Source: Deltaproteobacteria bacterium GWC2_65_14
Lineage (GTDB): Bacteria; Desulfobacterota; Deferrimicrobia; Deferrimicrobiales; Deferrimicrobiaceae
Direction: 5' to 3'
Length of the DNA: 56,323 bases
NCBI GenBank assembly: GCA_001797615.1
Contig: MGPV01000012.1
Span: forward strand, 1 to 56,323
Shown piece after piece: positions 1-8,109 of this stretch. The notes under the pieces are model-generated. The model was not told the origin of the DNA and searched no databases. It was given only the letters and a program-made list of their open reading frames with translations. Position 1 is the first letter of the stretch. Each line of letters begins with the position of its first letter. The translations under genes and the position numbers were made by a program.

Positions 1-1
1 G

Positions 2-418
2 TATGGGAACATCGTGGGGCGGAAGGCGTTCACGATCAGCGTCCCCTCCGAGGCCCATGCCCGGGAAGCGGATTATATCGGCATCGTATCCGGGAAGAAC
101 GCCGACAAGTTCGCCGCCGCCGGGCTCACCCCCGTCCGGAGCATCCTCGTGGACGCACCGTACGTCGGGGAATTTCCCCTTGTCCTCGAGTGTCGGCTTC
201 TCCATACGCTGGAGATCGGGCTGCACACCCAGTTCGTCGGGGAGATCCTGGACGTGAAGGCCGAGGAATCCGTGCTCGGCGAGAAGGGACTTCCCGACAT
301 CGAGAAGGTGAGGCCGATCCTCTTCGACCCGGAGATCAACACCTACCACGGGGTAGGAAAGCGTCTCGGACGTGCCTACTCGATCGGCAAAGCGATCGGG
401 CAGGGAGGAATCGAATGA
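2..418 (+). CDS. Flavin reductase-like (FMN-binding split barrel) protein, 5'-truncated by the window edge
   Basis: Frame is open from nt 2 (YGNIVGRKAFTISVPS...); EADYIGIVSGK, DAPYVGEFPLVLECRL and HTQFVGEILDV are typical flavoredoxin motifs. Confidence 0.85.
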   Translation, partial: YGNIVGRKAFTISVPSEAHAREADYIGIVSGKNADKFAAAGLTPVRSILVDAPYVGEFPLVLECRLLHTLEIGLHTQFVGEILDVKAEESVLGEKGLPDIEKVRPILFDPEINTYHGVGKRLGRAYSIGKAIGQGGIE

Positions 419-544
419 TTCCCGTCGACATCCTCAGCGACACGACGAGCGAAGTGCTCAAAAGGCATTCGACGAATCGCTTGATGCAGCCCTGCCGGAC
501 CGGCGAGCCGAGCCGGTAGACGGATACTTGAGGGTTATGCGGTC

Positions 545-800
545 ATGTGCGCAAAAAGGAAAGAGGATTCCTTCCGGGACTTCGTGCTCGATCAGCTGCG
601 CTCCCTGGAGGGCGTCACCTGCCGATCCATGTTCGGCGGGTACGGGCTCTACCTGGGGGCGGATTTCTTCGCCATCGTCTACGATGTATTACGAGGTCCC
701 GGAAGAGATCGTCGAGGACGAGGAGCAGCTGGCCTCCTGGGCGAGGGAGGCTGCGGCGCGAAAAGGGAAGGGGCGCGCGCCGGTCAGGAAAAAGAAGTAA
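545..800 (+). pseudogene. TfoX/Sxy N-terminal family gene with internal deletion and frameshift
   Basis: [35 protein letters not shown] in the frame of 545; the family C-terminus [22 protein letters not shown] continues in another frame from ~687 to TAA 800; the usual middle segment is missing. Confidence 0.8.
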
Positions 801-814
801 GCGGCCCCCCGACC

Positions 815-843
815 GCGTGAAGTCACAATTTGTGACTTCACGC
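815..843. repeat. Palindrome copy 1 of the TCRCAA-T-TTGYGA family
   Basis: GCGTGAAGTCACAA-T-TTGTGACTTCACGC, perfect 14-bp arms, overlapping the hicB stop codon. Confidence 0.95.
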
Positions 844-1266
844 CATTTCGACGATTAATTTCTTGCCGACGGCATCAGCCAACTTCGACAGTTGTTTGAG
901 CGTGGGATTGGCGACCTTTGGGTTTTCCCATGCCTGGTAGGACTGGTACGTGATGCGAAGGCGGCGTGCCACCTCTTTTTGGCTCAGTCCCAATTCAGTA
1001 CGAATTTTTCGAATCATCAAAGCGATACATACCTGGGGACTGGGCTCGACCCAGCGAACGTTTTTCCCCTTCAGGGACTTCGCTTCGGGAATCGAAAAAT
1101 TGCGTTCAAAGCGCACCGCAAGCCACCCGGAAAGAGCGTCTTTCGCCATTTTCAGAAGCTCTTCTTCCGTGTCTCCCTCGGTAACGCAACCGGGAAGACC
1201 GGGAAACTCCGCCCAGTATCCTCCTTCTTCGGCTTTGTGGATTTTGAGGGGATATGCAATTTTCAT
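838..1266 (-). CDS. hicB: HicB-family antitoxin with C-terminal XRE HTH
   Basis: YPLKIHKAEEGGYWAEFPGLPGCVTEGDTEEE (HicB fold) plus IRKIRTELGLSQKEVARRL (HTH); overlaps the hicA stop. Confidence 0.92.
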   Translation of the reverse strand: MKIAYPLKIHKAEEGGYWAEFPGLPGCVTEGDTEEELLKMAKDALSGWLAVRFERNFSIPEAKSLKGKNVRWVEPSPQVCIALMIRKIRTELGLSQKEVARRLRITYQSYQAWENPKVANPTLKQLSKLADAVGKKLIVEMA

Positions 1267-1442
1267 TTCAGGCCACCCAGCTTTCGGAGTGCTTCCAATG
1301 TTCCTTTCTTCAGATCTTTCTTCCCGTGTACCGGTACCGATATCGTCCTTGTTCCTTTTACGAGAATGTGATGGGAACCTTCTATCCGGTCCTCAACCCA
1401 TCCGGCGGCCTTCAGTATTCTGACGAGCTCCTTGCCCGTCAT
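1263..1442 (-). CDS. hicA: HicA-family mRNA interferase toxin (59 aa)
   Basis: MTGKELVRILKAAGWVEDRIEGSHHIL...VPVHGKKDLKKGTL with the GSH motif; true start is ATG 1442, since the longer track start lies upstream of the promoter. Confidence 0.92.
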   Translation of the reverse strand: MTGKELVRILKAAGWVEDRIEGSHHILVKGTRTISVPVHGKKDLKKGTLEALRKLGGLK

Positions 1443-1448
1443 ACCTGA

Positions 1449-1477
1449 AGGATACAGGCTATAACCTGTATTGTCAA
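1449..1477 (-). promoter_or_regulatory. Sigma70 promoter of hicAB with overlapping operator
   Basis: Minus strand TTGACA(1477-1472)-N17-TATCCT(1454-1449), then 6 nt and ATG 1442; inverted repeat ATACAGG-N6-CCTGTAT at 1452-1471. Confidence 0.85.
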
Positions 1478-1517
1478 TTCCCGGCCGAAATTCATACAAG
1501 TCCTTTCCGGCGAGGGT

Positions 1518-2087
1518 TCAGAACCCGATCCGCCGACCTGGAATCCTGGGCGGTTCCATGAGCGCCCGGATCGCGTCGAAGACCACGCGAAATTGGGCGT
1601 CATACGTTCCTTCGAGCGCGTCCACCTTTCGTGCCAGTTCCTCGTGGGATACGAGCATGCGCCGCATCCGGACAAACGCGCGCATGATGGCGATGTTGAC
1701 TTGCACGGCGCGCGGGCTGTTGAGGACACCCGATAGCATGGCAACGCCTTGCTCCGTGAAGGCAAAAGGCAAATATTTCCGATACTTGCCTCGTCCGGGC
1801 CTCTCTAAGGTCACAATTTGTGACCTTAGAGAATGGGCTTCGTCCCGCGAGAGTTGGAACATAAAATCTACCGGGAATCGTTCCGCGTTCCGTCTGACAG
1901 CCTGATTAAAGACCTTTGTCGGCACCCTGTACAATCCCGCCAGGTCCGCATCCAGCATTACACGATGACCACGAATTATATGAATTCGTTGAGAAATATC
2001 CTCCGCCCGAATGGGTGGCTTTGATATCGCAATTTGCGATTTCAAATCGGCGCTCATGCCGGATTGCTCATCAATTCTCGTGCCCAT
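1518..2087 (-). CDS. ORF6N-domain DNA-binding protein (start 2087 or 2057)
   Basis: [19 protein letters not shown]...[20 protein letters not shown]...LRSQIVTL...[35 protein letters not shown]; ends in RRIGF. Confidence 0.93.
   Translation of the reverse strand: MGTRIDEQSGMSADLKSQIAISKPPIRAEDISQRIHIIRGHRVMLDADLAGLYRVPTKVFNQAVRRNAERFPVDFMFQLSRDEAHSLRSQIVTLERPGRGKYRKYLPFAFTEQGVAMLSGVLNSPRAVQVNIAIMRAFVRMRRMLVSHEELARKVDALEGTYDAQFRVVFDAIRALMEPPRIPGRRIGF
1802..1832. repeat. Palindrome copy 2, inside the ORF6N CDS
   Basis: TCTCTAAGGTCACAA-T-TTGTGACCTTAGAGA, perfect 15-bp arms; encodes [10 protein letters not shown]. Confidence 0.95.
2021..2045. repeat. Palindrome copy 3, in the 5' part of ORF6N
   Basis: TTGATATCGCAA-T-TTGCGATTTCAA, 12-bp arms with 1 mismatch; encodes LKSQIAIS. 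Confidence 0.9.
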
Positions 2088-2121
2088 TGGCTCCGGACGT
2101 CACGAAAACAATGAGGTTTTT

Positions 2122-2146
2122 TTGAGGTCACAATTTGCGACCTCAA
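2122..2146. repeat. Palindrome copy 4, upstream of ORF6N
   Basis: TTGAGGTCACAA-T-TTGCGACCTCAA, 12-bp arms with 1 mismatch. Confidence 0.9.
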
Positions 2147-2225
2147 GGTATCGCTTTCCTCCCCTTTCGGCCGGGTCGCTCACATCATTGATGGTCTCGG
2201 TGAATGCGAGGGTATTTCTTGAAGG

Positions 2226-2246
2226 CTGATGGCGATTCGCCATCAG
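2226..2246. repeat. Perfect inverted repeat in the ORF6N/WYL divergent region
   Basis: CTGATGGCGA-T-TCGCCATCAG (10-bp arms). Confidence 0.85.
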
Positions 2247-2297
2247 TTGCGCTGAGAGGCCCCCGGATAGGTTACGGAGTCGACTTCTCTCGCTCCC

Positions 2298-2332
2298 ATG
2301 CGACAGGGACTGTCGCATCCTCCCCGTATCCT
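2298..2332 (+). promoter_or_regulatory. Putative WYL-regulator binding site followed by a -10 element
   Basis: ATGCGAC-N7-GTCGCAT at 2298-2318 (arms extend to 9 bp), with TATCCT at 2327-2332; resembles the DriD box as I recall it (ATACGAC-N7-GTCGTAT). Confidence 0.65.
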
Positions 2333-2396
2333 GACCCAAAAGACGGGGGGGCAGCGGATGCCGCCGCGACGGAGGCCATTGGAACAGGGAAAACTC

Positions 2397-2558
2397 ATGG
2401 CCGTGACGCTTGTGTGCCTCTCCTGCCGGGAGGAGCGGGTGATCCACGTTCCGCGCGAACGGGGCGCGAAGGGAAGGGCGTACTGGGAGTGCTTCGAGTG
2501 CCAGGGCCCCGGAGCGCGCTCCCAAAGGGGCGGATCAAAGGGCCTCGGGAAAGATTAA
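2397..2558 (+). CDS. Small Cys4 (CxxC...CxxC) putative zinc-ribbon protein, 53 aa
   Basis: MAVTLVCLSCREERVIHVPRERGAKGRAYWECFECQG...; purine-rich sequence upstream of the ATG; directly upstream of the WYL gene. Confidence 0.6.
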   Translation: MAVTLVCLSCREERVIHVPRERGAKGRAYWECFECQGPGARSQRGGSKGLGKD

Positions 2559-2669
2559 GGAAATGGCAAAGCGCGATCGAAGCCGGCGGATTCGGCGGAT
2601 GTACCTTCCCGGGGGGATGCGATACATTCGTGGAGTCGGCAGTCAGACAAGTTTGCGCGGAGGGGCGCG

Positions 2670-3668
2670 ATGGCCAAGACCAGGAGATCCTGGTCCGGGG
2701 GGGCGAAGCGGCGGACCAAGCCCCGCCCCATGACCAAGCCGGCCATGATGGACTGGGCGCTTCGGCTCCTGCGGCTCCTGAACGAGCGGAAGGTCCTCAC
2801 CTCGCGGGTCGTGGCCGAGGAGTTCGGCGTGAACATCCGGACGGCCCAGCGGTACCTCCTGTACCTTTCCGCCCTGCCGTGCGTTATCGCGGACGAGGAA
2901 AAGCACAGCTACACGCTCACATCGGACTACGTGGTGAGCGACAAGATCCTGAACGTCTCCGAGATGTCGCTGGTGTGCGCCCTGATCGACTACGCGGTCC
3001 ACATCTTCGGCCCCGAGCACTCCAAATTCCTCACGTCGCTCAAGAACCGGATCTTCCGGATGCCCGACGTCTACCGGATCGTCAAGGACGAGGCGATCGA
3101 CATGGAGAAGGTGGCGGCCGTCCAGCTCGACCTGGAGCGGCACATCAAGAACCGCGAGGTGATCTCCTTCGGCTACCGCAAGTCCGGCAAGCGCTACACG
3201 GTGGAGCCGTACCGGATCCTCTACGCGGGCGGGTTCTGGTACCTTGCGGCGCGGCACGACGGGATGCTGAAGAAATTCCTGCTCGACATGATCGAGGGGG
3301 TGCGGCCCGCGGGGAGGAGCTACGCGGAAGTCCCCGATCCGATCCGCCAAGCCCTGGCCGAGGCGCAGACCGCCTGGTTCCACGACGCCCCGCCCGACCG
3401 GGTGACGGTGGAGTTCGACGCGGAGGTCGCCCACTTCTTCGAGCGGAAGCTCTTCTTCCCCCGCCAGGAGATCGTGGAGCGGAAGGGAAACGGCAACCTC
3501 GTCCTGGCCTTCGACGCCCACAACGAGATGGACCTGCGCGAGCACCTCGCGCGCTGGATGCCGTACTTCCGGGTCATCTCCCCGGACCGATATCGGGAGT
3601 ATGTAGCCCATGTGGCAGGGGAGTGTGCGGGGAAGAACCGGGAGCAGGTCACCTATCCCTCGACTTGA
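2670..3668 (+). CDS. wHTH-WYL-WCX transcriptional regulator
   Basis: GGAGG RBS; HTH LTSRVVAEEFGVNIRTAQRYL; WYL core VEPYRILYAGGFWYLAA; C-terminal LREHLARWMPYFRVISP. Confidence 0.92.
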   Translation: MAKTRRSWSGGAKRRTKPRPMTKPAMMDWALRLLRLLNERKVLTSRVVAEEFGVNIRTAQRYLLYLSALPCVIADEEKHSYTLTSDYVVSDKILNVSEMSLVCALIDYAVHIFGPEHSKFLTSLKNRIFRMPDVYRIVKDEAIDMEKVAAVQLDLERHIKNREVISFGYRKSGKRYTVEPYRILYAGGFWYLAARHDGMLKKFLLDMIEGVRPAGRSYAEVPDPIRQALAEAQTAWFHDAPPDRVTVEFDAEVAHFFERKLFFPRQEIVERKGNGNLVLAFDAHNEMDLREHLARWMPYFRVISPDRYREYVAHVAGECAGKNREQVTYPST

Positions 3669-3716
3669 TGCGAGGGCAGTGATTCAATATGGGGGACCGG
3701 GCAGCGGAGGGGTTTC

Positions 3717-4049
3717 ATGAAGTGCGATTTGGATAAACTTATTTCACGGATTCTTGAATTCCGGGATCGGCGCAACTGGGCCCAGTTCCACAACCCCAAA
3801 GACCTGGCCCTCGGGCTTTCCGTCGAAGCCGCCGAGCTCAACGAACAGTTCCTGTGGAAAAAACCGGAGGACGCTGATCCGAAGCGGGTTCGGGAAGAAC
3901 TGGCCGACGTGCTCATATTCGCCCTGATGCTCCTCGAGAAGTACAAGCTCGACTTCGAGGAAATCGTCCTCGAAAAGCTTGCGGCTAACGAGGAAAAATA
4001 TCCGGTGGACAAGGCCCGCAACCGCGCAGCGAAATATACCGACCTCTGA
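3717..4049 (+). CDS. MazG-like (all-alpha) nucleotide pyrophosphohydrolase
   Basis: FRDRRNWAQFHNPKDLALGLSVEAAELNE...EELADVLIF...KLAANEEKYP. Confidence 0.92.
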   Translation: MKCDLDKLISRILEFRDRRNWAQFHNPKDLALGLSVEAAELNEQFLWKKPEDADPKRVREELADVLIFALMLLEKYKLDFEEIVLEKLAANEEKYPVDKARNRAAKYTDL

Positions 4050-4052
4050 CGA

Positions 4053-5936
4053 ATGAGACTCTACGCCGGCACCTCGGGACAGTTCGTCGAAGACACGGTC
4101 CTGAACCAGATCGCCGGCAAGCTCAGGAATGCCTTCTTCGGTCATTACCGGTACAACCCGCCCCAGGCCGAAGTCCATTCGTGGCAGAACTCTCTCCGGG
4201 CCATGGCCGGGATACTCCAATACGGAGAACTGCTGGACCATGGAGTCATGCTCGAGTACCAGCTTCCTCTCACCTCCCGTCGTCTCGATTTCATGGTCAC
4301 CGGAAAGGGGCAGAGCAACGCCGACAACGCGGTGATCGTCGAGCTCAAGCAGTGGGAGAAGTGCGGCCCTGCGGACGGGGAGAACGAGGTTGCCACATTC
4401 GTTGGGGGAACGACGCGGGAGGTCCTGCATCCGTCGGCGCAGGTAGGACGCTACCGGATGTACCTGTCGGATACCCATACGGCATTCCACGAGGGAAATG
4501 ACCCTGTGTCCCTTGCGGCATGCGCCTATCTCCACAACTATCCCCATGATCCCGATGATGTTCTGTACGATACGAAGTTTGAAGGCGTGCTGAGAAGCGA
4601 TCCGATTTTCACCATGGATGATGCTCCGGCACTCATGGGCTATCTGCAGGAGAGGCTTTGTTCCGGCCGGGGCATGGAGGTCCTGAAGCGGGTCGAAGAA
4701 AGCCGTTACCGGCCCAGCCGAAAGTTGATGGAGCACGTGGGGCAGGTCATCAACGGAAATTCCCGGTATGTCCTCCTGGATGAGCAGGTCGTCGCGTACG
4801 ACAAAGTGCGCGCGTTGGCGAAGAAGGGGTTCCATGACAGGCGCAAGACCGCCATCATCATCAAGGGAGGCCCCGGGACCGGCAAATCGGTGATCGCCAT
4901 CAAGCTCATGGCGGACCTGCTGCTGAACAGCTACAACGCCCACTATGCCACGGGGTCGAGGGCATTCACGGAGACGCTCCGGAACATCATCGGGAACCGG
5001 GGAGCCGTGCAGTTCAAGTACTTCAACAGCTATTCGGCCGCCCAGGCCGATGAGATCGATGTCCTGATCGCGGATGAGTCTCACCGCATCCGCAAGACCA
5101 GCGCCAGCCGCTTCACTGCCTCGGCAGATCGCTCCGACCTCGAGCAAATAGGGGAACTGTTGCGGGCCGCCAAAGTGTGCGTTTTCCTGATCGACGACGT
5201 CCAGGTAGTGCGGCCGAACGAAATCGGCTCCGTGGAGTATATCCGGCGGCACGCGCAGGCGATGAAATGCAGCATCTTCGAATACGAGCTCGAGGCACAG
5301 TTCCGCTGCAGCGGATCGGACGCCTTCGTGAACTGGATAGACAATACCCTAGGCATCCGGCGCACGGTCAACGTCCTGTGGGAAGGGAACGAGTCCTTCG
5401 ACTTCGAGATCTTCGATTCACCCCAGGCGCTTGAGGGAGCCATCCGGGACAAAGCCGCTCAGGGTTACACGGCCCGGATGAGCGCCGGCTTCTGTTGGCA
5501 ATGGTCGAAGCCCAGGCCGGACGGGACCCTGGTGGAGGACGTGGCGATCGGCGATTACCTGCGGCCCTGGAACGCAAGGCCGGAGGCATCCCGGCTGGCG
5601 AAGGGAATTCCCAAAGCATCGCTGTGGGCCCATCAGCCGGGGGGCATCGATCAGATCGGCTGTATCTACACGGCGCAAGGTTTCGAGTTCGATTTCGTGG
5701 GCGTCATATTCGGTGCGGACCTGATCTACAGGTTCGACCGGCAGGAGTGGGTCGGGGACAGACGTCAGTCGTACGATACCGTTGTGAAGAGATCCGGAGA
5801 CAAATTCGTCAACCTGGTAAAAAACACCTACAGGGTCCTTCTTTCAAGGGGTATGAAGGGGTGTTACGTTCATTTCCTCGACAGGGAAACAGAGAACTTT
5901 TTCAGGAGCCGGATGGAGACGGGGAATCGTCCGTAG
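4053..5936 (+). CDS. DUF2075-family protein: PD-(D/E)xK-like nuclease fused to a P-loop helicase (Schlafen group-3 helicase type)
   Basis: LEYQLPLTSRRLDFMV...IVELKQW; Walker A GGPGTGKS; Walker B LIADESHR; GCIYTAQGFEFD; NTYRVLLSRG. Confidence 0.9.
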   Translation: MRLYAGTSGQFVEDTVLNQIAGKLRNAFFGHYRYNPPQAEVHSWQNSLRAMAGILQYGELLDHGVMLEYQLPLTSRRLDFMVTGKGQSNADNAVIVELKQWEKCGPADGENEVATFVGGTTREVLHPSAQVGRYRMYLSDTHTAFHEGNDPVSLAACAYLHNYPHDPDDVLYDTKFEGVLRSDPIFTMDDAPALMGYLQERLCSGRGMEVLKRVEESRYRPSRKLMEHVGQVINGNSRYVLLDEQVVAYDKVRALAKKGFHDRRKTAIIIKGGPGTGKSVIAIKLMADLLLNSYNAHYATGSRAFTETLRNIIGNRGAVQFKYFNSYSAAQADEIDVLIADESHRIRKTSASRFTASADRSDLEQIGELLRAAKVCVFLIDDVQVVRPNEIGSVEYIRRHAQAMKCSIFEYELEAQFRCSGSDAFVNWIDNTLGIRRTVNVLWEGNESFDFEIFDSPQALEGAIRDKAAQGYTARMSAGFCWQWSKPRPDGTLVEDVAIGDYLRPWNARPEASRLAKGIPKASLWAHQPGGIDQIGCIYTAQGFEFDFVGVIFGADLIYRFDRQEWVGDRRQSYDTVVKRSGDKFVNLVKNTYRVLLSRGMKGCYVHFLDRETENFFRSRMETGNRP

Positions 5937-5987
5937 CAGAGAGCAGGAAGGGATCGTCATGAGCCCGCAGGCCAGGCGAGCGAGTGC

Positions 5988-6899
5988 ATGAATGCATTCG
6001 TAGGGATCACCGACTGGGACTGGTTCGATCTGCTGCGCACCCGCCCGGAGCTCGAGGAGGTGAACTTCTGGCAACCTTCCGGCTCCCGCCAGTTCCGTGC
6101 CCTGAACCCCGGCGAGCTGTTCCTCTTCAAGCTGCACAGTCCGCGGAATTACATCGTCGGTGGAGGTCTCTTCGCGCATTCCAGTCTGTTGCCGATCAGC
6201 CTTGCGTGGGAGGCCTTCGGGATGGCAAACGGCGCCGCTGATCTCGTGCAGATGCGGTCCCGCGTCGAACGATATCGCCGTCAAGGGCAGGATCATTCCA
6301 CTGATTACATCATCGGATGCATTCTCCTCGAGCAGCCGTTCTTCCTCCGTGAAGACCAGTGGGTTGGGGTGCCGCACGATTGGAGCCCGAACATCGTCCA
6401 GGGGCGCGGCTACGACCTGACGGTTGAACCCGGCCTGACGCTTTGGGCCCGGTTGCAGACTGCAAGAGGAGCCGCCTTGGAGGTGCGGGAAGAAGAAGCG
6501 AGGTACGGCAGGCCGATCTTGTCACTACCCCGTCTTGGCCAGGGATCCTTTCGCGTGATAGTGACGGATGCGTATGAGCGGCGTTGCGCGCTGACCAATG
6601 AGCGTACTCTTCCTGCTCTGGATGCCGCCCATATCAAGCCGTATTCGGACAGCGGCGGGCACCGGGTCGAAAACGGCCTGCTTCTGCGCAGAGACCTTCA
6701 CGCCCTGTTCGACCGGGGCTACGTGACCGTGACGCCGGACCTTGTCGTCGAGGTCAGCCGCCGCATTCGGGAGGAGTTCGAGAACGGTCGTGACTATTAC
6801 AGGCTGCACGGCGAACCAGTCCGTCCGCCCGGAAACCCGGTGCATCGCCCATCCGCGGAATACCTGAGATGGCACAACGAGTGCGTCTTTCGAGGATAG
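5988..6899 (+). CDS. HNH endonuclease (HNH_2 type) with a possible PUA/EVE-like N-terminal domain
   Basis: C-terminal CALTNERTLPALDAAHIKPY...NGLLLRRDLHALFDRG; N-terminal VNFWQP...LNPGELFLFKLHSPRNYIVGGG. Confidence 0.85.
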   Translation: MNAFVGITDWDWFDLLRTRPELEEVNFWQPSGSRQFRALNPGELFLFKLHSPRNYIVGGGLFAHSSLLPISLAWEAFGMANGAADLVQMRSRVERYRRQGQDHSTDYIIGCILLEQPFFLREDQWVGVPHDWSPNIVQGRGYDLTVEPGLTLWARLQTARGAALEVREEEARYGRPILSLPRLGQGSFRVIVTDAYERRCALTNERTLPALDAAHIKPYSDSGGHRVENGLLLRRDLHALFDRGYVTVTPDLVVEVSRRIREEFENGRDYYRLHGEPVRPPGNPVHRPSAEYLRWHNECVFRG

Positions 6900-6999
6900 C
6901 GAGGCAAGATGCTGCTTTCTGTGGCGTTTCTTAACCTTGTGATGTGGATGAAGTGACGGCGGGAAATATCCCGAAAATAAATTTCGAAATGGAAGAGTA

Positions 7000-7406
7000 A
7001 TGAACAATCCCAGCGCCTTGAGGGTAACCTGCGCCGTCATTGAAAGGGATGGCCACATTCTGGCCGCCCAGCGCAGCAAAACGATGAGCCTGCCGCTCAA
7101 ATGGGAATTCCCCGGCGGCAAGGTTGGAGAGGGAGAGACTCCGGAAACCTGCCTTGTCAGGGAGATCCGGGAGGAGATGGGCGTCGATGTGGAAATCCTC
7201 CGGTCTCTGCCGGCCTCACCGTACAGGTATGCCGACAAGGCCATCGCGCTCCTCCCTTTGGTCTGTAGAATCGCCGGGGGATCCATCGAGCTCTTGGAAC
7301 ACAAGGAGATCTCCTGGGGAGATCTCTGGATCTCGACTGGGCCCCGGCGGACGTCCCGGTCCTCCGGTCTTATATACTCAGCCGGAAAGATTCCGCGCAC
7401 CTGTAG
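7000..7406 (+). pseudogene. MutT-like NUDIX hydrolase, frameshifted near the 3' end
   Basis: Nudix box GGKVGEGETPETCLVREIREEMGV; the expected tail LDWAPADVPVL lies in a different frame from 7332 to TAG 7406; the junction contains GAGATCTC twice. Confidence 0.8.
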
Positions 7407-7461
7407 TCATTCCGCACGGTATTTGACCGTCCGGCTGAGGGCGACGCAACCTGGCGGCGGA

Positions 7462-8109
7462 TCAAACTCTTCTTACGGTTATATTCCCAGCGTGGTGGAT
7501 GATTCGGAACTTTCCGTAACAACCGTTTCTGAAGAGCCCCGTGGCGACGGCCTTGATTCGAGCCGGAAAGCGGGTGATATCCTGGTTGCTCCATATCGCT
7601 TTGAAGGTTCGATTGTTGTCGGGTAGCAAGGTAACCGTCATGTCTCCCGGATAGCCGCCTCTCTCGCCGGTTTCGAAGGTCACTTCCTCTCCATTCATGA
7701 TTTCATCCAGGTTTTCCGCGACGGCCTTTGTAAGGGAATCCGCGTAGGTGGATCGGGCGGTGGCGATGGGAATATCCGTTTCAGCCTCTTTCCGGTAGAA
7801 GTAGCGCGCCAGGGCGTACCTGACCCGGTCGGCGAGCAGGTCCAGGAATCGAGGATCGCCCCAATATTCCCGGCAGTTCATCCGGATCGCAAAGCGGGCC
7901 TTGCCACGGTCCAGTTCAAAGAACTTTTCCCCCGTTCTTGCCATCTTTCCGAGCGGCATGTTGACCAGGTGCCTGGCGGCCCGGTCCAGAGGGAAGTTTT
8001 GCGGGTCGGTTGCCCGCGCCAGTTCGTCCCAATCGGAGCGGCGCTCCGGGTTGGCGAGATACCAGTCGAGGAATTTCCGGGCTATGGCGGAGATGTCCCA
8101 TTCAGTTCC
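7462..8109 (-). pseudogene. Hypothetical protein, probably 5'-truncated
   Basis: Frame of track ORF 7462..7959 stays open and protein-like upstream (GTEWDISAIARKFLDWYLANPERRSDWDEL) to ~8109, with no start codon. Confidence 0.5.

Noticed and set aside
815-2146. CRISPR array or terminators as the explanation for the palindromes
   Set aside because: Irregular spacing (about 970, 190 and 75 nt), two copies inside a CDS, no U-tracts, and no cas genes.
2599-2627. ATGTA-N19-TACAT as a WYL operator
   Set aside because: 5-bp arms are chance-level; the 2298 site is much stronger.
7000-7626. 208-aa NUDIX fusion protein
   Set aside because: The tail after ~7320 is off-frame read-through; the true C-terminus is in another frame.
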